DNA of 56,945 bases from contig NIVC01003314.1 of the NCBI GenBank assembly GCA_002269645.1, positions 1 through 56,945 on the forward strand. Direction: 5' to 3'. Below are positions 12,120 through 24,683 of this stretch, in pieces (within the stretch, counting starts at the first letter, position 1; every line of letters starts with the position of its first letter). The notes under the pieces were generated by a model. The model was not told where the DNA came from and searched no databases. It was given only the letters and a program-made list of their open reading frames with translations. Source of the DNA: Macrostomum lignano. Lineage: Eukaryota. Made by a program: the position numbers and the translations under genes.

Positions 12120-12420
12120 ACTTCGCATGAAGCTGCCCAACTGCATCACCTATCGACAGCTTCAGCAACGACTAATAGAGAGATTTGCACGACTCTCAGG
12201 ACCTGACGAGTATCGAGAAGAATTCAGAGGCCGCAGCCAGCGCAAGAACGAGTCAACTGAAGATTACACAGATGCTCTGCAGGAGCTAGGAAAACAAGCC
12301 TTCCCTTGGCTCGAGCCTCACCATCTAGAGCAAGAACTGATCGACCAGTTTCTGCGCGGGAATCGCACGTCATCATGTAGAGATCTCCAAATACGATACA
12401 AAGTAAACTACTCTAAGTAG
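12120..12420 (+). pseudogene. Ty3/gypsy gag (capsid-like) fragment
   Basis: YRQLQQRLIERF...RSQRKNESTEDYTDALQELGKQAF...LIDQFLRG resembles retrotransposon gag. Confidence 0.7.
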
Positions 12421-14033
12421 TAACATAAAAAAGCGAAAAACTTAAATGTTATAAAAATTGCAAAATTGTCATACTCTATTTTAAGACCGTGAATACAACG
12501 TACGACGAAGCATGAGACAAGCTGCAACTATGGTGAAATATGTTGCAACTATGGTGAAATATGATGAAATAAGATGAAATCTGATGAAATATGATGAAAT
12601 ATGAGTCGCGCTACTAAGTACGAGTATTTACCAAAAATTCGACTATAAACACAAGCGTAAAATCCGAGCTGAAACCTCAGACTCGGAGCAGCCTCAAAAG
12701 ATCTTGTGGTTAGTTAGAGCAACAAATCGAGGCTATATCTCTGGGAGAGAAGCGTATCAATTGTGAAGTGTTGTTCAAGTCTTCGTTATTTTGATTAATC
12801 GCTCTCAGTAGTATAGGAAAAGTAGGTTTGAGCGCAACCCAATTTGAAAAATCACAAAAAAACAGATAAAAATCGACTAAAAACAGGTGAAAATTGTCTG
12901 AAAACAGTGATTTTAGTGATTTCAAAACTTTTGAAAAATTGCTTTTTGCGCGATTTCGTGACTAAAACCACAAGAAAGTTGTGATTCGTGGGTTAAAATA
13001 ACCTATTTTCAGGTTTAATCATTTCAAAACTAGCATCAAATTTAATAATAGTCATTTCTCCCATTGCATAACGCCCTTCAATAAGCCAATCTTACTAGCT
13101 TTGCTTTTAACGATCAGTCAGCTACCATCTATGCATAAAAATTGTCCACTCGAGGCAATACAATGCTTCTACAAAAGTCAATAATTTGCTCCACATTCGC
13201 TTTGTCCCGAGACTTTAAAATGGCTTTAATGCTGTTTTAGATTTTTACTTAAAGATAATAGAAGACATTCAAGAACATGGAGTGCTTATTTAAATTTTTC
13301 GTGGCATGCATACTCGACTACTAGAGCACTAACCGCAGCACTCAACATTTCTATTGGCTGCCTAAATTTCTGCCAAAACCAAAATGTTTGCCAAAATTTC
13401 TGCCAAAAAGTTTTGGTTTTGGCATCCAATAGGAGTGGCTCGTGCAAATCTTTTGTGTTCACCCTCTATCTAGCTGTAAAAAAGACATGAAGTGGGCCAC
13501 GCAAGTTACAAACGAACAATGCTCGCAACCCTACCTACGGACGATTTCACTAACCCTTTTCTAAATTATGTATCTTAAAAATGGAACAAAAAGTATGAGA
13601 AATTCTCCTCAAAGCAATTGTTATATTGTGACTCAGCTTTAACGTCGTGCGAAACCCACACTGAGTGGTCAAATAGTATGGTCAAATAGGCTCTCGCAGG
13701 AACTCTAACAATTGGTCAAGGACAGCTTCCATTACATAAAGTTAAATTTAATTCACGTAAATCAAAATTGCTTTAATGAAAATTAATTATAAAAATTTAA
13801 AAAAGATAACAGCGGAGATACTATTTTTTCACTCCTTAAAATCCGTTCTTAGGTTACACTTCGCATAACTTATGCAAATAATAATAATGGTTTTGTATTT
13901 TAAATATTAAAGTAGTGATTATTAAAACAGAAACAAAAAGTCCTCAAACGCCTATGAAGAACAAAATTAAAACATTAGAGCAATTTATTAATATTGACAA
14001 ATTAGTCCATGGTCACCACAAGTCATCAATCAT

Positions 14034-14567
14034 CTAGTTTTGGTTAGGTGATGAAGCAGCAGTGCCTCGGATGTCAGCAGTGCCTCGGTTGTCAGCAGTG
14101 CCACGGTTGTCAGCAGTGCCTCGGTTGTCAGCAGTGCCTCGGTTGTCAGCAGTGCCTCGGTTGTCAGCAGTGCCACGGTTGTCAGCAGTGCCTCGGTTGT
14201 CAGCAGTGCCTCGGTTGTCAGCAGTGCCTCGGTTGTCAGCAGCGATCTCATAGGGTGGTGGAAGGCTATCTTCTTCAGTATCCAAATCACCAATCGCTTG
14301 CATGGCTTGAGATTGGCTTTGATAGGATAGTGCAATAGCTTGCATGCTTTTTCTTTTTGACACATTTTCCTTCAGAAGCTTCAGGAGCTTATCCTCCTCC
14401 GTAAAGGACTTGAATGTATCTAAACCTTGTAGCTTATTGATTAGTCTCTCAGAATCTAGATCTGCAAATATAGTTAATGGCATGAGCCTTCGAATCTTTT
14501 GCTTTGTGAGTTCGAATTCCTTTCGATGATCCCTATATCTCTTGCGAAGTTCATTTTCGGATGGCAT
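14034..14567 (-). CDS. Orphan 177-aa ORF: coiled-coil-like N-terminus, PPPYE motif, (ADNRGT)x10 tail
   Basis: ATG-initiated open frame, identical in the mirror copy. The tail comes from an 18-bp tandem repeat; coding status is unproven. Confidence 0.45.
   Translation of the reverse strand: MPSENELRKRYRDHRKEFELTKQKIRRLMPLTIFADLDSERLINKLQGLDTFKSFTEEDKLLKLLKENVSKRKSMQAIALSYQSQSQAMQAIGDLDTEEDSLPPPYEIAADNRGTADNRGTADNRGTADNRGTADNRGTADNRGTADNRGTADNRGTADNRGTADIRGTAASSPNQN
14056..14242. repeat. 18-bp tandem repeat x10
   Basis: Unit GCAGTGCCTCGGTTGTCA; variant CCACGG at units 3 and 7 (four-unit spacing). Confidence 0.95.
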
Positions 14568-15375
14568 GTCTATTAAAGCTTTTTATTGTTGCAATGAATT
14601 TGGAGAGAATTATCAGCCATCTTTCCAAATTCATTCCTGTATTAATATTATGTTAAAATACAAAAGCAGCGCATAAACTCAATTCTCATTGGTGCCTCAT
14701 TGATGACAACCAATGAGAAAGCGACACCGGGTGAATGGAATGCAACTTTGCAGGCTCATGCCAGATGCAGAAAAAATTCTATCCACATGAGTCAGAATTG
14801 TAGTTACTTGAGATGCATGGCATTTTTTTCTGCATTTCTTCATTTCTAAGGCATTTTCTAGAAATAATGGTTTATTGAAGGCCATTTTTATAAAAAATAA
14901 ATTTAAGTAATCTACATTTAAGTGTCCTATGAAAGGAGGTAGATTTCTCTTTTACTAAGTTGGATGTGGCGCTTATCATATCAAAAGTTTCAAAAAGACC
15001 CTCTCCATTGTACAAGTCTAGTGGCTCACCTATCTTGCGTGAATCTATATTTAGTAACAAAAAACACAAAAGACTTTCAGACACAAAAGACCTCTCGTGA
15101 GCACAAAAGAGGCTAGTTTATTTGAACTGCACAAAATGTCTGCCAAAAAGTTTTTAATTTTAGCATCCAATAAAAATGACTCAGGCAAGTCGCTAGAAAA
15201 TGTACCACGTCAGATAGAATAGATAGGTATTAATGAATGATAATGTCTCCTTAGCATCCACCCCAAAAACAGATACTGCAGTTTTCAAATTTGAGGTTGC
15301 TGCCAATTATGCTCACATCTGTCTCATTTAACAAATAGCTCACAGCACCCACCCCAAAAACAGATACTGCAGTTT

Positions 15376-16011
15376 TCAAATTTGAGGTTGCTGCAACAAC
15401 TCATCCGCTGCCTCTTCATCCAGCTTCTTCATGACTTCCGGCAGATGTTGTATGCACGACCGAATCTGATACAGTGATAGCGTGCAGCCATGTAGGCGTG
15501 GATGTGCCTGTGCCAAACTCGCAAGCTTCATTAGAAAGTTGATCCACGCATTGCTGAAGCGGGTGGATTTCTTTAGTTCCTTGAACTGATTCTTCGAGAG
15601 ATGACGCTTCATATTGTTGTAAATTGCTCCTGCTTGGATGCCATACTTGACTCCATAGTTATTAAGACGCTTCAGCTTGTTGAATATCTGGATAAGTTGA
15701 TCCTTTACAACATGAATAGTAAATCTACCAGTACAGAATTCTTCATTCGATGGATCCCGAGCATCCACAGGTTCGCACGAGGTGCGGAAAATCTTCTTCA
15801 GTTCCTCGATTCGAGCTTCTTTTTCATTAGAGGTTTTAGGTAGGCTATCCGTGATAGTGGATAAAGGAAACCGTACTCTTGCAATAGCGTTGTAATTGCC
15901 AACCCACACCTTCCAGTTGCTCAAGTCGTCGCTCTTGAAAATTGACTCCAGCAGGTGCTCTAAACTCTTGCAGTACTCGTCCGCGTTGTCAACTTCCATT
16001 TGGTTTTCCAT
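15376..16011 (-). CDS. Orphan 211-aa helical protein
   Basis: ATG at 16011, uninterrupted frame with protein-like composition. Only the 3' part is duplicated in the right arm. Confidence 0.65.
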   Translation of the reverse strand: MENQMEVDNADEYCKSLEHLLESIFKSDDLSNWKVWVGNYNAIARVRFPLSTITDSLPKTSNEKEARIEELKKIFRTSCEPVDARDPSNEEFCTGRFTIHVVKDQLIQIFNKLKRLNNYGVKYGIQAGAIYNNMKRHLSKNQFKELKKSTRFSNAWINFLMKLASLAQAHPRLHGCTLSLYQIRSCIQHLPEVMKKLDEEAADELLQQPQI

Positions 16012-18799
16012 TTTTAGTATCCGAGTTGGCGCTAAGAGGATTGTCAAAAGAGAAAGTCTATATTATCCGTTCTACGAGTATATTATATATGTTATGTAGG
16101 TGATGGTTGAATTTACTTACCAGATACTCGTAAATTCTGAGCTTAAAGCAGAATGTCGCTGAGTGGCAATGGATTTTAAAATTTTAGAAAAAAAGCCAGC
16201 TGTCTTGATGCTCTGCCAGATTTTCAATTTTACTTAAACACGATACAATTGAGTTGGGGCAGGGTGGGCGTACAATTCCTGCTGCAGCAAGATTTTGCAA
16301 GCTAGCGGAAACTGCAAATTACTTCTTAAGCTACAGACAACAGTGTGTCATTCTGCTTTGACTATCACCTGTGTAGTGTGTGATGCTCAGCTTCTCAGCA
16401 AACTAGCTCGTATACTTCTGAATCACACGGCTAGCTTTTCTTCTACAGCCCCTGCACGTGAGTCAGTTTACGCTTTTTTTAAATTTATAAAGATTTGAGC
16501 TAGTTGAGTTGCTGCCTTTCTCTGTGAAAAATGAACAATAGAGTTGGGGTTTAAGAAGTGCTCAATTCCTGCTGCAGCATGCTGATATTCAAAACTTATT
16601 GACTCAACTGGTAAACTGTTAGGGTTAGGTACATGTAAGTTGCTTTGCTTCATTCTTGATGCAAAAAAGCTAGAAAGAATGTTGAGTCATTTGTGATTTG
16701 AATAAAAAGGGAACATAGTTTCTTTCAGTGTGCATTGTGCAGTGCGATGCCATGCATCTTAAGTACATTTGGCGCCCAAAAAATAAAAAAATTGCGAAAA
16801 ATTGCCATGCCAAATTGCGAAAATTGTGCAATTTTTTTATATTAAATTGCCGAAAATTATACTTAAATTTCAATTTTTTTATATTGTGAGACTTTGTTCT
16901 GAATTGCAATTTTCACAAGTAAAACAATTTTCTTGTATTTTCTTTAATTGAAGTTGTAATTAAATTACAATTTATTTGTGCAGCAAACAGAACAATTGCA
17001 ATTTTTACAAGTGAAACAATTTTCTTGTATTTTCTTCAATTGAAGTTGTAATCAAATTACAATTTATTTTTGAAGCATAGCCCCGGTTTGTAAAAATTGT
17101 GTGCCCAATTCTTCACCTGCCTTCATTTTAAGCAATTCAAACTGCATTTTATTAAAAAATGATTGATATTCAATCAGCGCCTTTTCGTTTGCTATTTATA
17201 CACAAATAGTATGGCGTCTCACATATCGATCTAGGGAAGGATAAAGAAAATAATAACTAAAACTGTTATAAATCTCATCCAGCATGCAATTTTTACTTTA
17301 TAACGAACAATGTCAATATGAATGTGACAGTGTGATTCGTAGAATCGCGTGTATCGTATTTCTGTATTTTCATATGCATACCGTATTCTTTCATTTATTT
17401 TAACAATATTCGTACGTATTATTATCGCGCTATTTTTACTGTTAGTTGCTTTGTTTTTTGTAGCCTCTTATGTATTTATTCTATTATTTGTATTTCATTC
17501 ATATCGTTATTATTTATCGTAAAGTAGTCCTACCTATGTACATGTACTGACGTATGTTATTCTTGTATGATATATTTATCGATTAATTTGTACATGTACA
17601 TTTCGCCTGAGTGGGGTTTGTCTGGTTTTTGGATTAAGCTTGTTGTTATCTTGTTTACTCACCAATTATAAAATACACTTGCAGTCAGCGGCCGCTCTCT
17701 CCTTTTGCTTCGTCGCTTCGCTTCTCGCTCTAAGCTTGCGGGTCCCTTAGCTGTCTGGCCTCTTTACCTTAACCCTCTACCGCCTGCCTCAGCCCACCCA
17801 CCAATCAACTGAATCCTGACCGGCCCTTGCTAGGCGCATCAAATTAAGTACCGATCCAAATATACTAAATCTGCAAATTCACGCTAAGGATAAAATCGGC
17901 TGCTGATCTGCTGGATCGTAGATTAATCCCAATTATCCGCTACACAAAGTCTTCCGCTTTATTCGTCACATGAAGATAAATTAAACTAAAAAAGTTAAAA
18001 TTATTCATGTTTATTTAAATATACGAGTATGTACCAAAGTTTAGCTTTACCTAAAAAGTTATTGTCAAAATTGACCATAAAAACTTCAGATTAAGACATT
18101 TGGTTAAAATGAATGTAGTTGTTTGTTGGCGCAAGAAAAGATTGAATAAATTTATTTATTACAATTATAAATATAATGATGCCATTTAAAGTACAGTATA
18201 ATAGCCCGCTAAAAATTCGTTTACGTCTTTGCCGCAACTAATTTGGCTGGAGTCAGCCCATAGCAGCCATATCTCGAAAATGTAAAAGAAGTAACCGAAT
18301 AATAAGCTACTGAAGTCCACTTAAATTGTGCGGAATCAGCGCAGAAAGCAGACAAAGACGACGCACCAAGAATTTTCCCTAAAGTTTTTTGTGCTGCTTC
18401 TTTGGTTTCTGAAAGCAGCGCTGAATCTGGCAAGTCGAATCAAACAAAGAAGCAGCAGAATTTTTAGCGGGAGTTTTAGCTACCATAACAATAATAATAG
18501 TATAATAAGACGTTTAGTATAGGTGGATGTAACGAAATGGCTATTGTAATACGAGTAGTATTTAACTGGGAGCAGACAAAATCAGACAAAAAGAAACAAA
18601 ATAATTATATTTAATAAAAACAATTGAAAAAATCAAACAATACAATTTTTATACTTTCTTATAGCCAAAAAAGTAGAAAAAATAGCTTAAATAAATTGCG
18701 TTTGATTTAAATTTACTATGTTAATGTTTTGTTGAGAGAAATGTTCAATTCACTAAAAACTTTACGCGTTAGCTTGGCATGCTTCCCAACATATTTCTG

Positions 18800-20003
18800 C
18801 TAGTCCTTGACTGGATCCTGATCGGATGAGCCAGCTTTTTTAGCTTTAGTTGTCATATCTCTAAACATCTGGTTGAGAGACGAGCGAACAGCGCTCCAAC
18901 TGAATGACTCGAACCAGTTGGAAAGAAGGTCCTTTATTTCCTGGACGTCTTCAGGACACATGACAACACGCTCGGATTTGGACTTAGGCTCGACAATAGC
19001 CTGTTTGCAATAGTCTTTGCCATACTTTTTTAAAACGAAGTCACGTGCAAAAGTCGTAGGTTGAGACGGTAGCTGCGATAGCCTGAAGTTGGAACCATCG
19101 TGGCTGATAAAAATTTTATCGACACGCTCCAGTTTCTCGCGTGGGGCTAGAATGTCTCTTATTAATAAACTGTTTTCTTCCGTCTTGTTGAGAATTTGCT
19201 TTAAAATGCTTGTTTGAACACGCGCTTCTAGCAGAAGAAGTTGTGTTGAAGATGTGGCCTGCTGATTGATCTCGGCTGTGGACTGCCTTTTTGGTGTTTC
19301 TTTAGTGGCATTTGGTGTTATGACACTAGAAGATGATGCCTTTCTTGAAGTGTTTTCATTTTCACAGGGAGGCGTTGAGATAGGCCCAGAACTTCTAGAT
19401 TGCAAATGACGTAACGAGTGCTCCTCGAGGTGAGGTCTTTTTGAAAAATTAGCAAGCAGATGTTGCTCTTTCTCAATTTCAGCAGCCATAGCTTTGTGCA
19501 CAGACGGCTCACGACACTCTGTCGCAGCAACCGCTGTTGCTGCGCTTCTTTCATGAATGCCAGCTGTCAGCTCAGTTCTGTCCTTGGGGGGGCGCCGGTA
19601 CGTAAGTCTCGTCATTAACCTCGTCATCGCTGTCGATTCTGTCAGCATCGCTGCTCTCACTTTCCACCTCATTGTCATTACCCAATGTCTCAATAATGGC
19701 GTCTGTAGCCATTCCTGACTCAGCATACTCTTCAACGCGTTCTTCAGCTTTTTTTATATCATTGTAGCTGCCTAGCTTAAGGATAATGGCCTCGTGATAA
19801 CCTTCGCTGTCGCGGATCTTGATAGTTTGTCCCTCTCGGAGCCTGGACTTCTCAGAAGAAGAGAGATGCCGAAATGGAGCAGAGTTAATATACATTGCAC
19901 CGCTATGGCGATTGGTTTTGCTAAACCATAGTAGCAAATGGTTGAATGTGGCGCTGGAAAATGCATCACCAATTTCCCTAGGAGCTCTTCGCAACCGGTT
20001 CAT
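18800..20003 (-). CDS. BEN-domain protein (coiled coil + C-terminal BEN), one frameshift at a G7 run near 19586
   Basis: ORFs 19572-20003 and 18800-19735 overlap. C-terminus TTFARDFVLKKYG...VQEIKDLL...WSAVRSSLNQMFR fits the BEN pattern by eye. Possible upstream mini-exon 20048-20060 with a 39-nt intron. Confidence 0.65.
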
Positions 20004-20899
20004 TGCAGCTGAAATGAAATTTTGGTTGAAAAAAAAATATAATTAACCTGTCTTAAACATTTACATTTAATATAAAGTGTAGTAGAATCAAAATAAGTTA
20101 CATTTCATTATTTCGATTATCATATATATTTGATATGCACAAATTAAAAAAATATTTATTATTTAAGAAATATATAACCAGTAGCACTACCACAAATTTT
20201 TCAAGGGGGTGGTGGACCCAGGAGTGAGGTGGAGGATGTGGCTCTGTATTTTGGCAAAAATTTGCTAGCCCCCTCTAGATTTTTTTCTAGTCTCTGCGAA
20301 AGGGGGAGGGCGCTCATTTATGTTTGCACATCCTTAATAGTGAGTAATTTTAATTTGACATACTTCACTCTATCTAATCTCCTTAAAAAGAAAACATGGA
20401 GAAAAAAGTAGAGGCAACTTGTAAACACAAGTTATTACCATATGCATCCACTTTATTAACAATTGCTTTCATGAATGGTTGTACAATATAGCAAATTTAA
20501 TTTAAAAAATTATGGTAGCATTTAAAGGAGTTTGAAACAGTTTCAGTTGCAAAGAATGTTAGAAAATGCTTTTGGACATTGTTCAAAAAAATTATAACCA
20601 ACTGGAGCACCAAAAGTGAAGCCAGATTATTTTTAAATTCACAAAACTGATATAGAGTTAGTGCAGAATTAGCCTTACTTTGCAGTTTTAAAATAGTCAA
20701 GTTTAGGCAACCAAAAACGATGCTAATGTGTTTAATTAAATAGTGAAATAAAATGGTTTCACCCATAGTCTGGCACTAAGTCATCAACTAGTAAAAGTGT
20801 TGACTGGGGATTCACATAGGCGACACAGGAACATTTTATTTCCGAAACAGGATACATGCATTCAGTTGTTGATGGCTTACCTATGAAAAAAAAAACTAT

Positions 20900-22999
20900 T
20901 TACAAAGAAATCAATGGCATTGGCAACAGATTCATCAATATGCTGGAAATTGAAAAATGGCTCATCAATAGGATCATACAGTTGAACAAGAGCATCAACT
21001 GAATCATTGTTAAAAAATTCAAAACCTTACCAAATGAATGATTGTGAAAAAAAGTAGTAGCATGACTTGTTTGAACTAGGACTAAATGCATACATTTTAT
21101 GACCATCAATGCTAATACACTTGCTTGAAATAAATGCTATTTGCTTGGTACCACCACAACTTCTTGGAAAGTCAAGCAATGATAAAAGTTTTTCTTTACC
21201 AGCAAAATTTGATTTTGAAACAACCAAAGAACACATTTTAGTTAAAATAGTTTTTTCACAAGTCTGCTTCAGATGGTAGCGTGTGCCTCGACAAAACTTT
21301 TTAATTGATAGAAAATTGTTTTCAAATGAAAACATAGAACACCTTCCTAATGGCCCAAACTTTTTAATCTGTGGAAAAATGTGAAAAAGAAGATGAAAAT
21401 TCATAGCATAAATGTTACTATCAAAAACATTTCCAATAGTTGATAGGAAAAAGTGTATTATTTTATCCAACTGATAAGAATAAGAAGAGGCATCAACATG
21501 ATTTGAAACTCGACAAATAATAGAAAAAAGCAGCAGAGAATTAGCATGATCATGCTTGTCTCTTTGCTTAAGGTTAAGAGCCAAAACTGGAAAAAATTAA
21601 TTGCAATAAATTTGTAGTCTCGAGCTTTCCAAAAAGCACGCTCCTCAATATTGTGAGGAAAAGTTAAATATGCAGGCACAATTGCACTATGCAGTAGTTT
21701 ATTAATAGGCTCATGACTTCGACCAAGGTAAAATGACTTTTGCCAGTTCTGAGTTTCAAATTGATACTTCAAAATTGTTTTTGTACAGTTTTCATACAAG
21801 AGATGAAGTGAATCAATCAACACATTTTCAGGAATCCTACAGAACTCTAAAAAGTATTGATACACCTTTAATACCAAAAAGTGATGATTTGCAGCCAGAT
21901 TGTACAATTGCTTGAAGACGTTGCTTATAAATTGAATTGGTGACAAAATTTCCCAAGACTGGAAACTTCATAGAATGACCTTTGCCAACTTTAACTCCAT
22001 GACCAGAAGCATCACAAAAAAGAGATCCAAATTGACCAGTGTAGCTTTTATGGTTGATTACACTTGCCATTGCAAATCAAAAACTGCTGCGAAAATTTCA
22101 AACTTGACAGGAACAATACAGTTGTGAATTAAAAATTTGTGCATCTGGCTAAAACCAATTTTTGCCAGATATTCATCAAGGAATTCGGACCACTTAGGCT
22201 TTTGTCCACCAATGAACACAGCTAACATGATTGTGTTCTCCACCTTTGACCGTAATGCTGGGGGCAGATTCAAAATTGGTGCTTGCACGGGCCAAATAGA
22301 TTGCGATGAATATGAATAGAGTTTTGCTCCATCTGTTGAGAAATGAAAATAAATCATAAGAGGTTCCATACTTTTAGGAACATCTTTTAGAATATCAGTC
22401 TTCATTTCTTTACTTGTTGAGTAATCCAAGATTGTTTGAAAGTGCTGTTCTAGAATCAGATGTAGTTGAAATTTGAAGTCAAGATAAGCATTTTTACTTG
22501 TCATGGTTCCACAGCATTTTTCAGAAGGAAACAATTTAGAACAACTAGCATTGGTGCAAACTTCCTTCATGGAGATCCACATCTCTGGTTTCAGAGCTTT
22601 GCGTACAATAGACTTAACTCGCCTTAATGTTAAAGGCTGGGTTAGCAAATTACCAGCAGCTAGGACTTGTAATATAGAATCAATGCTTAATTCTGTCAAG
22701 CCAAGATTAGCAATAATGTACATTATTGCCATGCACATTGTCAGATGGACACTACTCTCAAGTTGCAATACATTAGGCAATTGCAGAAAGCACGGTGCTG
22801 CTCCTTGTCTATCCAGACTAGTTGATTCATCACTTATGCCTAGTTCATGCACATCATGGGCCACTAGATAATGCTCTTCATTTTGACTTGGGCCAATATT
22901 AGCACTTGACAAACTTTCTTCATGGCATGGTACATTATGCTCATCAAGATCATTCAAACAATTGAAAGTGGCCAAAGCATCAAAAAACTCTTCTTCCAT
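20900..22999 (-). pseudogene. CACTA/EnSpm (CMC superfamily) transposase, multiple frameshifts
   Basis: STDGAKLY..SIWPV..ILNLPPALR..ENTIMLAV; FDL/ASVINHK; IDSLH; WKARDY; NFHLLFH..KFGPL..SMFSFEN, spread over four frames. Confidence 0.85.
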
Positions 23000-23368
23000 T
23001 TTAAAGAAAGGTTAGAAATGAAGTGACCAATAATTAGCTGAAAAAATAAAATAGCATTTATTTAATTTGGTTACAAGCATTAATATGATTAATGGCTAAT
23101 AGCATTAAAATACTTGATGATAAAACAATATAGAATAGGACTAAGTCTAGATATAAATAAAGAATAAAATAAAAGCCCAATAAAAATTATAAGATGATTT
23201 ATCAAGGCTTTAACTAGATTAGATAAATTAAACATACTAAATAAATTAATAAACTTAGGGAATTTCAATAGTATTAAATAGACATAAACGATAAACCTAG
23301 TACTACTAACTCAAAAAGTAAAAATATATTAAAATATTCAAATAAATATTTAGGTTTAATTAGGTTTA

Positions 23369-23875
23369 GCAAGAGTACGGTTTCCTTTATCCACTATCAC
23401 GGATAGCCTACCTAAAACCTCTAATGAAAAAGAAGCTCGAATCGAGGAACTGAAGAAGATTTTCCGCACATCGTGCGAACCTGTGGATGCTCGGGATCCA
23501 TCGAATGAAGAATTCTGTACTGGTAGATTTACTATTCATGTTGTAAAGGATCAACTTATCCAGATATTCAACAAGCTGAAGCGTCTTAATAACTATGGAG
23601 TCAAGTATGGCATCCAAGCAGGAGCAATTTACAACAATATGAAGCGTCATCTCTCGAAGAATCAGTTCAAGGAACTAAAGAAATCCACCCGCTTCAGCAA
23701 TGCGTGGATCAACTTTCTAATGAAGCTTGCGAGTTTGGCACAGGCACATCCACGCCTACATGGCTGCACGCTATCACTGTATCAGATTCGGTCGTGCATA
23801 CAACATCTGCCGGAAGTCATGAAGAAGCTGGATGAAGAGGCAGCGGATGAGTTGTTGCAGCAACCTCAAATTTGA
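23369..23875 (+). pseudogene. 5'-truncated duplicate of the 211-aa orphan ORF
   Basis: Matches the reverse complement of 15376-15882; lacks the first ~43 codons, which lie in the spacer. Confidence 0.85.
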
Positions 23876-24683
23876 AAACTGCAGTATCTGTTTTTGGGGT
23901 GGGTGCTGTGAGCTATTTGTTAAATGAGACAGATGTGAGCATAATTGGCAGCAACCTCAAATTTGAAAACTGCAGTATCTGTTTTTGGGGTGGATGCTAA
24001 GGAGACATTATCATTCATTAATACCTATCTATTCTATCTGACGTGGTACATTTTCTAGCGACTTGCCTGAGTCATTTTTATTGGATGCTAAAATTAAAAA
24101 CTTTTTGGCAGACATTTTGTGCAGTTCAAATAAACTAGCCTCTTTTGTGCTCACGAGAGGTCTTTTGTGTCTGAAAGTCTTTTGTGTTTTTTGTTACTAA
24201 ATATAGATTCACGCAAGATAGGTGAGCCACTAGACTTGTACAATGGAGAGGGTCTTTTTGAAACTTTTGATATGATAAGCGCCACATCCAACTTAGTAAA
24301 AGAGAAATCTACCTCCTTTCATAGGACACTTAAATGTAGATTACTTAAATTTATTTTTTATAAAAATGGCCTTCAATAAACCATTATTTCTAGAAAATGC
24401 CTTAGAAATGAAGAAATGCAGAAAAAAATGCCATGCATCTCAAGTAACTACAATTCTGACTCATGTGGATAGAATTTTTTCTGCATCTGGCATGAGCCTG
24501 CAAAGTTGCATTCCATTCACCCGGTGTCGCTTTCTCATTGGTTGTCATCAATGAGGCACCAATGAGAATTGAGTTTATGCGCTGCTTTTGTATTTTAACA
24601 TAATATTAATACAGGAATGAATTTGGAAAGATGGCTGATAATTCTCTCCAAATTCATTGCAACAATAAAAAGCTTTAATAGAC

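Larger units (their letters stand above)
1..15882. repeat. Left arm of giant inverted duplication (runs off the window start)
   Basis: Reverse complement of 23369-39264. Mirrored coordinates sum to 39251-39265 throughout (e.g. 14034+25217, 11160+28092, 1+39264). Identity ends at ...CCGTACTCTTGC (15882). Confidence 0.97.

Noticed and set aside
15883-23368. Missed-adapter fold-back read as the cause of the palindrome
   Set aside because: A 7.5-kb unique spacer and an asymmetric breakpoint do not fit a simple fold-back. Other assembly errors remain possible.
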